A stretch of DNA of 61,698 bases, counting the filler, from an uncultured Myxococcia bacterium (GTDB lineage Bacteria > CAZTWC01): the NCBI GenBank assembly GCA_964617105.1. It is 9 parts of 9 records of this genome, joined end to end, with 100 filler letters (N's around TTAATTAATTAA, not from the genome) between each part and the next. Parts side by side here need not be neighbours in the genome. Positions count along the whole stretch, not along the records: positions 48,277 to 54,956 come from CAZTWC010000215.1; positions 55,057 to 61,698 come from CAZTWC010000216.1; 7 more parts are not named here. One strand, written 5' to 3'. The position numbers were made by a program, and so were the translations under genes. Positions 50,416 to 57,806 of this stretch are shown here, in pieces (within the stretch, counting starts at the first letter, position 1; each line of letters starts with the position of its first letter). Below the pieces are notes generated by a model. It saw only the letters and a list, made by a program, of their open reading frames with translations, was not told the origin of the DNA and ran no database searches.

Positions 50416-51687
50416 TCAGTCAAGCAGCCAATCTAGAACATTGATAGTCTCAATCCAATCCGGGATTTGAATATTCAATGATTTATCTTCCACAATAATT
50501 AAGCATTGAGCCTTGGGAACAATTTTTTTGGCACTCTCAAGACCTTTAATCTCCCTTTTTAGATTTGCTTTAGAAAGTTTTTGAGTTACTTGGATGGCTT
50601 TTACTTTTAATGGATAAAAAGCAAGAAAATCACATTCCCATCGATTTTTCGAAAAGAAAATATCCTCTGTTTCTCTACGCAGATGGTTGAAAATCATATT
50701 TTCCAATAGTTTTCCTCTGTCTTGGTTGGAAATAAACTGGTTAGCCGAGATTAAACCATTGTCAAACAAATAAACTTTTTTATTGCTCATCTCTCTTCTG
50801 GTAACAGATGGGTCATATTTTTCAACATTGGCCAGCAAATAAACCGAAAAAATTTGTTCAACGGTTTTGTATAAATTATCTTTACTGGTTGATATCCCTC
50901 GAGATTTTAAATCATTATAAAGTTTATTGATGGAGAATTCTTTAGTGAAAGAGCCAATCAGACGTTTAATAAAATATTTTACCTGGGATAAATCGTTTAT
51001 TTTGTAGCGTTCAACCAGATCCCTGTAAAGCATTACTTGAAAATACTCTTGTAATATCTTAACTTTATATCGCGGTTCAACTTTAACCAATTCCGGATAT
51101 CCACCCCATTCCAGATAACAATTATAATGTTTTTTTATTAAACTACTATTCTTTAGTGAAAATCTGTCTTCTACGCTAATATTACCGAAATTCAAGTATT
51201 CTTCAAAAGAGAGAGGCATAATTTCAAATGATATGCTACGCCCCCGTAGAGATGTTGCTATCTCTTTTGATAGCATCTTGGCATTTGAGCCAGTAAGAAA
51301 TATTTTTTTGCTGATGTTGTCGTAAATTCTACGGATAAACTTTTCCCAATTACTCAATTCCTGTATCTCATCAAAGAAAAAATAAACATCATTTAAATTT
51401 TGTTCTGGATACAGTTGGAGATAGGCTTCTAGAATACTGTCATAATTATTGGTAAAATTCAGGCGTTCATCTTCAAAATTGATATAGACAATCTTGTCTT
51501 TTAAAACTCCATTCTGCAGCAAAGTTGAAATCAATTGATAGAGACAATAAGTTTTTCCAGCCCTTCTTGGGCCGATCACAGTAATGACTTTTTCCAAATT
51601 TATGGGTATATCAACTTGCCTTTTTATTACCTTGGGCAAATCATTATTGTGAAAGTCTTTTATTATTCTTTTTAAAGATTCATTCAT
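50416..51687 (-). CDS. AAA_14 / DUF4143 ATP-binding protein
   Basis: GPRRAGKT, YINFEDER, FFDEIQ, TGSNA, GGYPE, KVYLFDNG, LLEN, WECDF...IQV. Confidence 0.92.
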   Translation of the reverse strand: MNESLKRIIKDFHNNDLPKVIKRQVDIPINLEKVITVIGPRRAGKTYCLYQLISTLLQNGVLKDKIVYINFEDERLNFTNNYDSILEAYLQLYPEQNLNDVYFFFDEIQELSNWEKFIRRIYDNISKKIFLTGSNAKMLSKEIATSLRGRSISFEIMPLSFEEYLNFGNISVEDRFSLKNSSLIKKHYNCYLEWGGYPELVKVEPRYKVKILQEYFQVMLYRDLVERYKINDLSQVKYFIKRLIGSFTKEFSINKLYNDLKSRGISTSKDNLYKTVEQIFSVYLLANVEKYDPSVTRREMSNKKVYLFDNGLISANQFISNQDRGKLLENMIFNHLRRETEDIFFSKNRWECDFLAFYPLKVKAIQVTQKLSKANLKREIKGLESAKKIVPKAQCLIIVEDKSLNIQIPDWIETINVLDWLLD

Positions 51688-51703
51688 CCCAAAGACCAAT
51701 CGC

Positions 51704-51754
51704 GTTTATTTTCCTTATCACAAGGAAAATACCACCGTTTATTTTCCTTGTCAA
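51704..51754 (-). promoter_or_regulatory. sigma70 promoter overlapped by three AAGGAAAATA operator half-sites
   Basis: Minus strand TTGACA-17-TATTTT; CAAGGAAAATA-8-TATTTTCCTTG perfect IR plus a third copy at 51704-51716. Confidence 0.7.
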
Positions 51755-51759
51755 TCGAT

Positions 51760-52080
51760 TTCAGTCCATAGCTCCGCCATTTCGAGTTTTTTATGCCTAA
51801 ACCCGATGGTAAAAACAGATGTTCCCCTACCCTCTCACTAACTCCTTCCCGATTTTTCCTCTACCCCCATCCAGAACCAGAATATTTAATTTTTATCCTC
51901 TGATCCCTTCCACTGTGTAATTATCAGGACACCTATGAGTTCCCCTGATTCCTGTTTCGGTTCCTTTCCTGAACTCATTACCCTCATGACCAATTCCCAT
52001 TCTATTCCTCCACTATGGCTGTGTCCTCCTTAACACCACTGTAACCCGTTCCGGCCTTCCCTTCCGGAACCTCCAGGGAT
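51760..52080 (-). ncRNA. Candidate GGA-rich structured RNA (CsrB/Rsm-like)
   Basis: 21 GGA on the minus strand in 51822-52075 versus 3 on the plus strand; several lie in hairpin loops. Confidence 0.4.
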
Positions 52081-52704
52081 CTAGATCAGTTTAATGATCT
52101 TAACTCCCACCTCTTCCAGATGCTTAATCGATTTATACATCTCTTCACCGTGTCCCAGAGAAGTGATAATAACAGCATCTGGATCTAAAAATTTAATCTG
52201 GCCGGGAGCCAAAATGGTCCGGCCAAAAAATTCTTTTCCATGTTTTTTGGTATCACTGTCAACAATACCGATTATGTTTAATCCCAGAGCCTGACAGGCA
52301 GTGAACAGGATCTCACCAGTATCTAAGGCGCCAAACAAAATAACTCTTTTTATTCCCGAATCGGCAATGTGGCGGATCTTATCCACAAAGATCTCTTTTC
52401 CTTTTTTAAACAGTCCCACAGTTTCTTGCAGATATCTTTTAAGCAGATTTTCCATCTGCTGCTTACCTTTTGGGGTAAGAAAATAGGTGGTTTGACGACG
52501 GGTTTCTCCCCGGTACTCAACAATTCCCTCATGAACAAAATCTTTTAAATAGTTGTTGATCATGGATGAAGTTAAGCCAACTTTATTGCTAAGTCTTTTT
52601 TGAGTTATGCTGGCATCTTTTTCAATCTCAATAAGAATTAAAAGTCCCCGGAACAGAGGTGAGGGCTGAAAAAATTCGATCTCATTATAGTTGATATGGT
52701 TCAT
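52081..52704 (-). CDS. Winged-HTH (MarR-like) regulator with C-terminal Rossmann-like domain
   Basis: ITQKRLSNKVGLTSSMINNYLK...YFLTPKG; RVILFGA...IIGIVDSDTKKHG. Confidence 0.85.
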   Translation of the reverse strand: MNHINYNEIEFFQPSPLFRGLLILIEIEKDASITQKRLSNKVGLTSSMINNYLKDFVHEGIVEYRGETRRQTTYFLTPKGKQQMENLLKRYLQETVGLFKKGKEIFVDKIRHIADSGIKRVILFGALDTGEILFTACQALGLNIIGIVDSDTKKHGKEFFGRTILAPGQIKFLDPDAVIITSLGHGEEMYKSIKHLEEVGVKIIKLI

Positions 52705-52787
52705 TCCTTTTTTATCCTTATTTTCCGTTTAAATTGTCTGAGTTTATTTAAACCTCAGCAATAATAAGTTAACCCTTATTAAGTTAT

Positions 52788-52804
52788 ATGAAATTTTCGT
52801 GCCA
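52788..52804 (-). promoter_or_regulatory. Putative sigma54 (-24/-12) promoter
   Basis: TGGCACG-AAAA-TTTCAT versus consensus TGGCACR-N4-TTGCW (one mismatch at -12), about 85 bp upstream of the wHTH gene. Confidence 0.55.
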
Positions 52805-53152
52805 ACAAAACAATTAAAAAGCACTTTTTTATAACTTTTTAAAATTATAGTAATGCAAAAATGGGGTTGGAGACTGTTTTAGCCTTTAATATAGCGGTTT
52901 TTAGAGTGTTTGATATACCAGAAGACGACTTCTTGTTTATTAAATTACTGAATAGAGAGTGATTTGCCTGATCCTGGCAGAACCAGAGTGTATAAAGATA
53001 TTTTATTGCAGAAAAGTCTTGTTTTTCAATGCGGTTAGGCATATATTGCCTACTTCCTTCCCCAAGGATGCATTTTTAATATATTTTAAAAGAATAGAGG
53101 AGAATTTATAAACTGTCAACAAAAAAACATTCACTGACTAAATATTGACAGG

Positions 53153-54073
53153 TTATAGCTTAGCCATCACCCTATTGGCAATATCTTGAGAGGTAAGTTG
53201 GTATTTGACGGCCAAGTCTTGGGGTTCACCAGATTCGCCAAAGCAGTCCTGAATACCCATCATGACCATGGGACAGGGATGGTTGAGGGCCAGAACCTCG
53301 GCCACGGCACTGCCCAGTCCGCCAATAATATTGTGATCTTCGGCAGTAACAATCAGTCCGGTTTTCTGGGCGCTCTGGACAATAAGATCAATATCCAGAG
53401 GTTTTATGGATGAGAGGTTTACCACTCTAACTGAGATCCCTTTTTCTTTAAGCAATTGGGCAGTTTCCAAAGCCCGGTGAACCATAACGCCAACAGCCAT
53501 AATAGCGGCATCATCCCCTTCCGCTAGAATATGACTCCGGCCAAATTGAAATTTAGTTCCAGGTTCTAAAAAAGTGGGTAAAGGGCTGCGGCCGGTACGC
53601 AGATAAACCGGACCGGGAGTATCAAGAACCGCAGATAAGGTGGAGTTAAGTTCATTGGGATCAGCGGGAGAAGCCACTTTGAAATTGGGTATAGCCCGAA
53701 AAAAGGCCATATCCTCCACTGATTGGTGGGTGGCTCCATCGGGTCCTACATCCAGCCCCAAATGGCTGGCAGCGATTTTAACATTAAACTCTGGATAGGC
53801 GATGGAGTTGCGGGCCTGTTCAATAGCTCTCATAGAGGCAAAAACCGCGTAGCAGGTAACTACGGGAATCACTCCGGTGGTGGAGAGTCCGGCGGCCATG
53901 GAAAACATATTCTGCTCGGCAATTCCACACTGGATAAACCGATCCGGAAAAGTTTCCCGGAAATGGTAAGTGCCGGTTCCGCCAGCTACATCGGCATCAA
54001 GCACCACAAAATCCTCTCTTACCTTACCCAACTCCACCAAAGCTCTACCAAAGGCATCGCGCATATTGTCCAT
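53153..54073 (-). CDS. Transketolase, C-terminal subunit (split type)
   Basis: GIAEQNM, GPDGATHQ, GPVYLR, AEDHNIIGGLGS. Confidence 0.93.
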   Translation of the reverse strand: MDNMRDAFGRALVELGKVREDFVVLDADVAGGTGTYHFRETFPDRFIQCGIAEQNMFSMAAGLSTTGVIPVVTCYAVFASMRAIEQARNSIAYPEFNVKIAASHLGLDVGPDGATHQSVEDMAFFRAIPNFKVASPADPNELNSTLSAVLDTPGPVYLRTGRSPLPTFLEPGTKFQFGRSHILAEGDDAAIMAVGVMVHRALETAQLLKEKGISVRVVNLSSIKPLDIDLIVQSAQKTGLIVTAEDHNIIGGLGSAVAEVLALNHPCPMVMMGIQDCFGESGEPQDLAVKYQLTSQDIANRVMAKL

Positions 54074-54091
54074 TTAATTTAACCCCGTTGC

Positions 54092-54937
54092 TTATTTTGC
54101 CAAATGCTCCAATCTATTACTACACTCCTGCAAAGCCCGCTCTTTCTCCTCCCCCTGAGGGGCTAAACTGCCGTGCCACTTGGGGACATTTTCCATAAAG
54201 GAGATACCTTTCCCTTTGGTGGTGTGAGCCAAAATAATCGAGGGTTTCCCCTTAGTGTTTCTGGCCTGAGCAAGAGCATGGTCAATCTGCTCAAAATTGT
54301 GACCATCAATCTCCTGAAAAAACCAGCCAAAAGATTGGAATTTGTCTTTTAAAGGCTCCAAAGCAGTTACATTCGAATTTAGATCATCACTTTGAAATTT
54401 ATTGTAATCCACCATGGCCACCAGATTATCTAGTTGGTAAAAGGCGCCAAACATCAACCCCTCCCAGATCTGCCCCTCGTTTAACTCCCCATCCCCTAAT
54501 ACGGTGTAAACCCGGAATTTATTATCTCCTCGCTTTGCTCCTAAGGCACAGCCCAGAGCAAAAGAAAAGCCCTGACCCAAAGATCCTGAATTGAACTCTA
54601 TCCCTGGAGTTTTTACCCGATCCGGATGTCCCTGCAGCATACTGTCAATCTGGCGCAGTCCCTTATATTCCTTTGGGTCAAAAATCCCTTTTCTGGCTAA
54701 AGCGGCATAGAGCACCAGACAAGAGTGTCCTTTGGATAGGATAAATCGATCCCGTTTTTGGTCTTTATAGTTATTAATGTTATAGTTCATCTCTTTCCAG
54801 AACAGATAAGTAACTAACTCCACCGCAGAGAGAGAACCGCCCGGATGTCCTGAACCGGCAAAACAGTTCATAGTAATAATGTCATGACGCAGTTGAGCAG
54901 CCATGCGCAGCAATTCTTTAGATTGAGTAATATTCAA
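54092..54937 (-). CDS. Transketolase, N-terminal TPP-binding subunit (split type)
   Basis: SGHPGGSLS, DRFILSKGH, LQGHP, GDGELNEGQIWE, TKGKG...WHG. Confidence 0.93.
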   Translation of the reverse strand: MNITQSKELLRMAAQLRHDIITMNCFAGSGHPGGSLSAVELVTYLFWKEMNYNINNYKDQKRDRFILSKGHSCLVLYAALARKGIFDPKEYKGLRQIDSMLQGHPDRVKTPGIEFNSGSLGQGFSFALGCALGAKRGDNKFRVYTVLGDGELNEGQIWEGLMFGAFYQLDNLVAMVDYNKFQSDDLNSNVTALEPLKDKFQSFGWFFQEIDGHNFEQIDHALAQARNTKGKPSIILAHTTKGKGISFMENVPKWHGSLAPQGEEKERALQECSNRLEHLAK

Positions 54938-54956
54938 CTTTTTTCCTTTTAATTCA

Positions 54957-55056
54957 NNNNNNNNNNNNNNNNNNNNNNNNNNNNNNNNNNNNNNNNNNNN
55001 TTAATTAATTAANNNNNNNNNNNNNNNNNNNNNNNNNNNNNNNNNNNNNNNNNNNN
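54957..55056. other. Artificial contig linker
   Basis: N44-TTAATTAATTAA-N44. Confidence 0.98.
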
Positions 55057-55058
55057 TT

Positions 55059-55176
55059 TTCTGGTGATTTTAGCAAAAGGGAAACACCCGATCCCATTTC
55101 GAACTCGGAAGTTAAGCCCTATAGCGCCGATGGTACTGCATGGGTAGCTGTGTGGGAGAGTAGGTCATTGCCAGGA
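55059..55176 (+). rRNA. rrf: 5S rRNA
   Basis: CTGGTG...ACACCCGATCCCATTTCGAACTCGGAAGTTAAGC...GCCGATGGTACTG...GGGAGAGTAGG...GCCAGG; terminal helix pairs. Confidence 0.96.
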
Positions 55177-55181
55177 TTTAT

Positions 55182-55218
55182 AAAAAAAGGAGTATCTTTT
55201 AGATGCTCCTTTTTTTTT
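55182..55218 (+). terminator. Intrinsic (bidirectional-type) terminator after 5S
   Basis: A7-GGAGTATCT-ttt-AGATGCTCC-T9. Confidence 0.9.
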
Positions 55219-55221
55219 GCC

Positions 55222-55343
55222 AGAGTTATGAGAGCAGCGCATTTGCGGCGTTGCCAGCAGCAATTTAATCCTCAACGTATTAGTTATACGCCTGTGGTTA
55301 AATTGCTGCTAGCGCCTTGCATCTGCACTACTCTCATAACTCT
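55222..55343. repeat. 122-bp nested palindromic repeat / MITE-like element
   Basis: AGAGTTATGAGAG / CTCTCATAACTCT 13-bp perfect IR (18/20 extended); inner AGCAGCAATTTAA / TTAAATTGCTGCT; core CGTAT-5-ATACG. Confidence 0.75.
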
Positions 55344-55418
55344 TCTAGCAGTTCTTAATAAATTTTATCGATATCATTAAAAAGTGTTAATCGTCGGGCT
55401 ACTGATCGCTAATTTTAT

Positions 55419-56801
55419 TTAATAGTTGCTATAGTATTTTAGTAAGGCTTCTTTAAGCGCCTGCTTGGCTTTATATTCACCATGAACCAGGCGAATTTCT
55501 TTGGGTTGCCGTTTCATCCTCTTTACCCAGTTTATGAGCCCTCGTGAATCTGCATGAGCCGAGTAACCGGATAAAGTGTGGATCCCGGCATTAACCTTTA
55601 CCAGGCGGTTTTTTATCCTAACTGATCTGTTATTTTTGCCGGCACAGCGCTGAATCTCTTTTCCCAGGGTGCCTTTGGCCTGATAACCTACAAAAATAAT
55701 ATCATTGCGCTCATCAGGCAGATCTTTTTCCAGGTGATCCAATATCCTCCCACCAGTACACATTCCACTGCCGGCGATAATTATTGCCGGTCCAGGTAAA
55801 TTCATAGCGGCCTGGTGGGAACGAAAACTCAATGCTGTGTAGAGACTTTCAAAATCAAAAGGGTCTTTACCTTGTACCAGAGATTTTTTGGCTTCTTTTT
55901 TCCAATACCTTACTAAATTTTGGTAATGTTCTGTGATTGTCTGCCCCAGGGGACTGTCCAACACCACTGGAATCGATCTAAATTTATTATTTCGGTCACA
56001 TATAACTTTCAATTCATACAGAATTTCCTGAGTACGTCCAAGCGAAAAGGCGGGTATAATTACTCTGCCATTGTCATTTATGGCATGCGTCAACACCTTT
56101 TCCAGAGTATCTGTACGGTTTTTTTTACCCCGGTGGTTTCGGTTGCCGTAAGTGGACTCCAAAATTAACAAATCGCAACCATAAGGCCGGTCAGGCGATG
56201 GTAAAAGTGGGCTGCGCGAGGCACCAAGATCTCCAGAAAAAGTGATTCGAACCGGTTTTTTGTTCATCTTTTTAAGGCGTAAATTTATATAGGCAGAGCC
56301 CAAAATATGGCCGGCGCGGCGAAATTGCACCTCCATATTGCTATTAAGGGAGATCCACTCTCCATACTGGCAGATTTGAGCATTTTTAAGGGCTGCGGCA
56401 AGTTTTGTTTTCCATTTATGGTTCTGTTTTGAACGCTTCAGCAACTTTGAATGTTTCAAACTATCCTGCAGCATAGGAAACAATAGCGCCCTGGTGGGTT
56501 GGCTGCACAGGATTTTTCCCCGGAAATTTTCGCTAAAGAGTTGAGGAGTTCGCCCGATATGGTCAATGTGGGCGTGGGTCAAAATCAGCCAGTCGATTTC
56601 TTGAGGTTTAAAAGGAAACGGTTCTAAATTGAGGTGATTTTTTCCGGATCCACAGTCCACCAGCAATTGAGTATTACCGTACACCAAACGATGGCACGAG
56701 CCGGTCACGCCCAGAATTGCTCCGTGGTGAAAGAGTTTTATCTCCGGCAATAAAATCGAGGAGGCGATGAAGCCTGGAGTATTAGGTATTTGAATATGCA
56801 T
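55419..56801 (-). CDS. MBL-fold beta-CASP ribonuclease
   Basis: VTGSCH, VDCG, LTHAHIDHIG, AGHILGS, FSGDLG, ESTYG, GSGMCTGGR, YSAHAD, VHGE. Confidence 0.93.
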   Translation of the reverse strand: MHIQIPNTPGFIASSILLPEIKLFHHGAILGVTGSCHRLVYGNTQLLVDCGSGKNHLNLEPFPFKPQEIDWLILTHAHIDHIGRTPQLFSENFRGKILCSQPTRALLFPMLQDSLKHSKLLKRSKQNHKWKTKLAAALKNAQICQYGEWISLNSNMEVQFRRAGHILGSAYINLRLKKMNKKPVRITFSGDLGASRSPLLPSPDRPYGCDLLILESTYGNRNHRGKKNRTDTLEKVLTHAINDNGRVIIPAFSLGRTQEILYELKVICDRNNKFRSIPVVLDSPLGQTITEHYQNLVRYWKKEAKKSLVQGKDPFDFESLYTALSFRSHQAAMNLPGPAIIIAGSGMCTGGRILDHLEKDLPDERNDIIFVGYQAKGTLGKEIQRCAGKNNRSVRIKNRLVKVNAGIHTLSGYSAHADSRGLINWVKRMKRQPKEIRLVHGEYKAKQALKEALLKYYSNY

Positions 56802-56840
56802 GAAGAGTTAAATTAAAGGGAAAACCATCCCCATATTATA

Positions 56841-57779
56841 TTATAGTTGATCAAAGAAGTGGAAATTTCGATTGTAATACTTAAAATCACGAGTCTTTAA
56901 AGTGTAATCAATTATCCCGACAGCCTCGGTTTGTTTTCCCGGAGATACGTTAAAGATTAGACTATTGAGTGATTTGCTGATTTTATATAGACCAACTCCG
57001 GCACCAGCAGTAGTATAATCGATCATTGAATTCCTGTGGATATAGCATTTGTACAAATATTTGACAACTGTGTACCAATTTAAAGAACCGTGAGGATCAG
57101 TTATGGAAACAGCGAAAAATTGTTGGTCATATCCCCATTGGAGTGAAAGTTTCTCATCTTCTGTCAGGAGAACACCTTCGGTTCGGTCTTGGTCACAGTA
57201 AATTGGGTGAGCGTCATACAGCGCATTCATCAGCAGTTCATCCAGCGCATCAAAAATGAATCGGCCCAGGGCTCTGCTTCTACTCAGACGCCGAAGTTTG
57301 CTCTCAATTTTTTTTGTCTCATCGTAACGATTTATGGAGTCGAGAATATAATTTTGATGAAAGGTAAAATTGGGTGATAAATATTTATCAATACCAAAAA
57401 CATTTTTATAGCAAAGTTTTGCCAAAGTGTTTTTCATCAACATTTGGCAGGGTAGGTGATCTGCCTGAATTCCAATAACGTGTTGGATAAATTTAAACTT
57501 AGATAAAATCGCGATAATATTTTCAAAGGAAGTCTGATAAACTAAAATAACCTTAGGCTTTTCGTCGTACTGGACAATTTTATCGGCTAATTTATCGATG
57601 GTAGTTGAATCTACGATTATAATTCCATCTTTACCCCATTGTTTTAAATATTTAACTGTTTTTTGGGGACAACTGTTGTTAATAAAGTCTATGGGCAAGG
57701 CTTGACTGAGTTCATCTATAGCGTCAACAATATTTCTGGTCAAGGACAGGTTAACCAGGATTGATTTTTTATCAGACAT
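56841..57779 (-). CDS. Uncharacterised protein with a degenerate receiver-like N-terminus and HATPase-like C-terminus
   Basis: LDELLMNALYDA (N-box-like), SITDPHGSL, GAGVGLY, FNVSPGKQTE. Confidence 0.65.
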   Translation of the reverse strand: MSDKKSILVNLSLTRNIVDAIDELSQALPIDFINNSCPQKTVKYLKQWGKDGIIIVDSTTIDKLADKIVQYDEKPKVILVYQTSFENIIAILSKFKFIQHVIGIQADHLPCQMLMKNTLAKLCYKNVFGIDKYLSPNFTFHQNYILDSINRYDETKKIESKLRRLSRSRALGRFIFDALDELLMNALYDAHPIYCDQDRTEGVLLTEDEKLSLQWGYDQQFFAVSITDPHGSLNWYTVVKYLYKCYIHRNSMIDYTTAGAGVGLYKISKSLNSLIFNVSPGKQTEAVGIIDYTLKTRDFKYYNRNFHFFDQL

Positions 57780-57806
57780 ATAATTTTTAGCAGTGTCAAT
57801 TTTGTT

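Noticed and set aside
6924-55056. Recurring TTAATTAATTAA as a biological repeat
   Set aside because: Always centred in 44+44 N; an all-frame-stop assembly linker. ORF tails ending X...LIN or X...N are artefacts.
55059-55176. Orphan 5S rRNA
   Set aside because: It sits at the very start of a contig; the 16S/23S genes are probably lost in the collapsed rRNA repeat.
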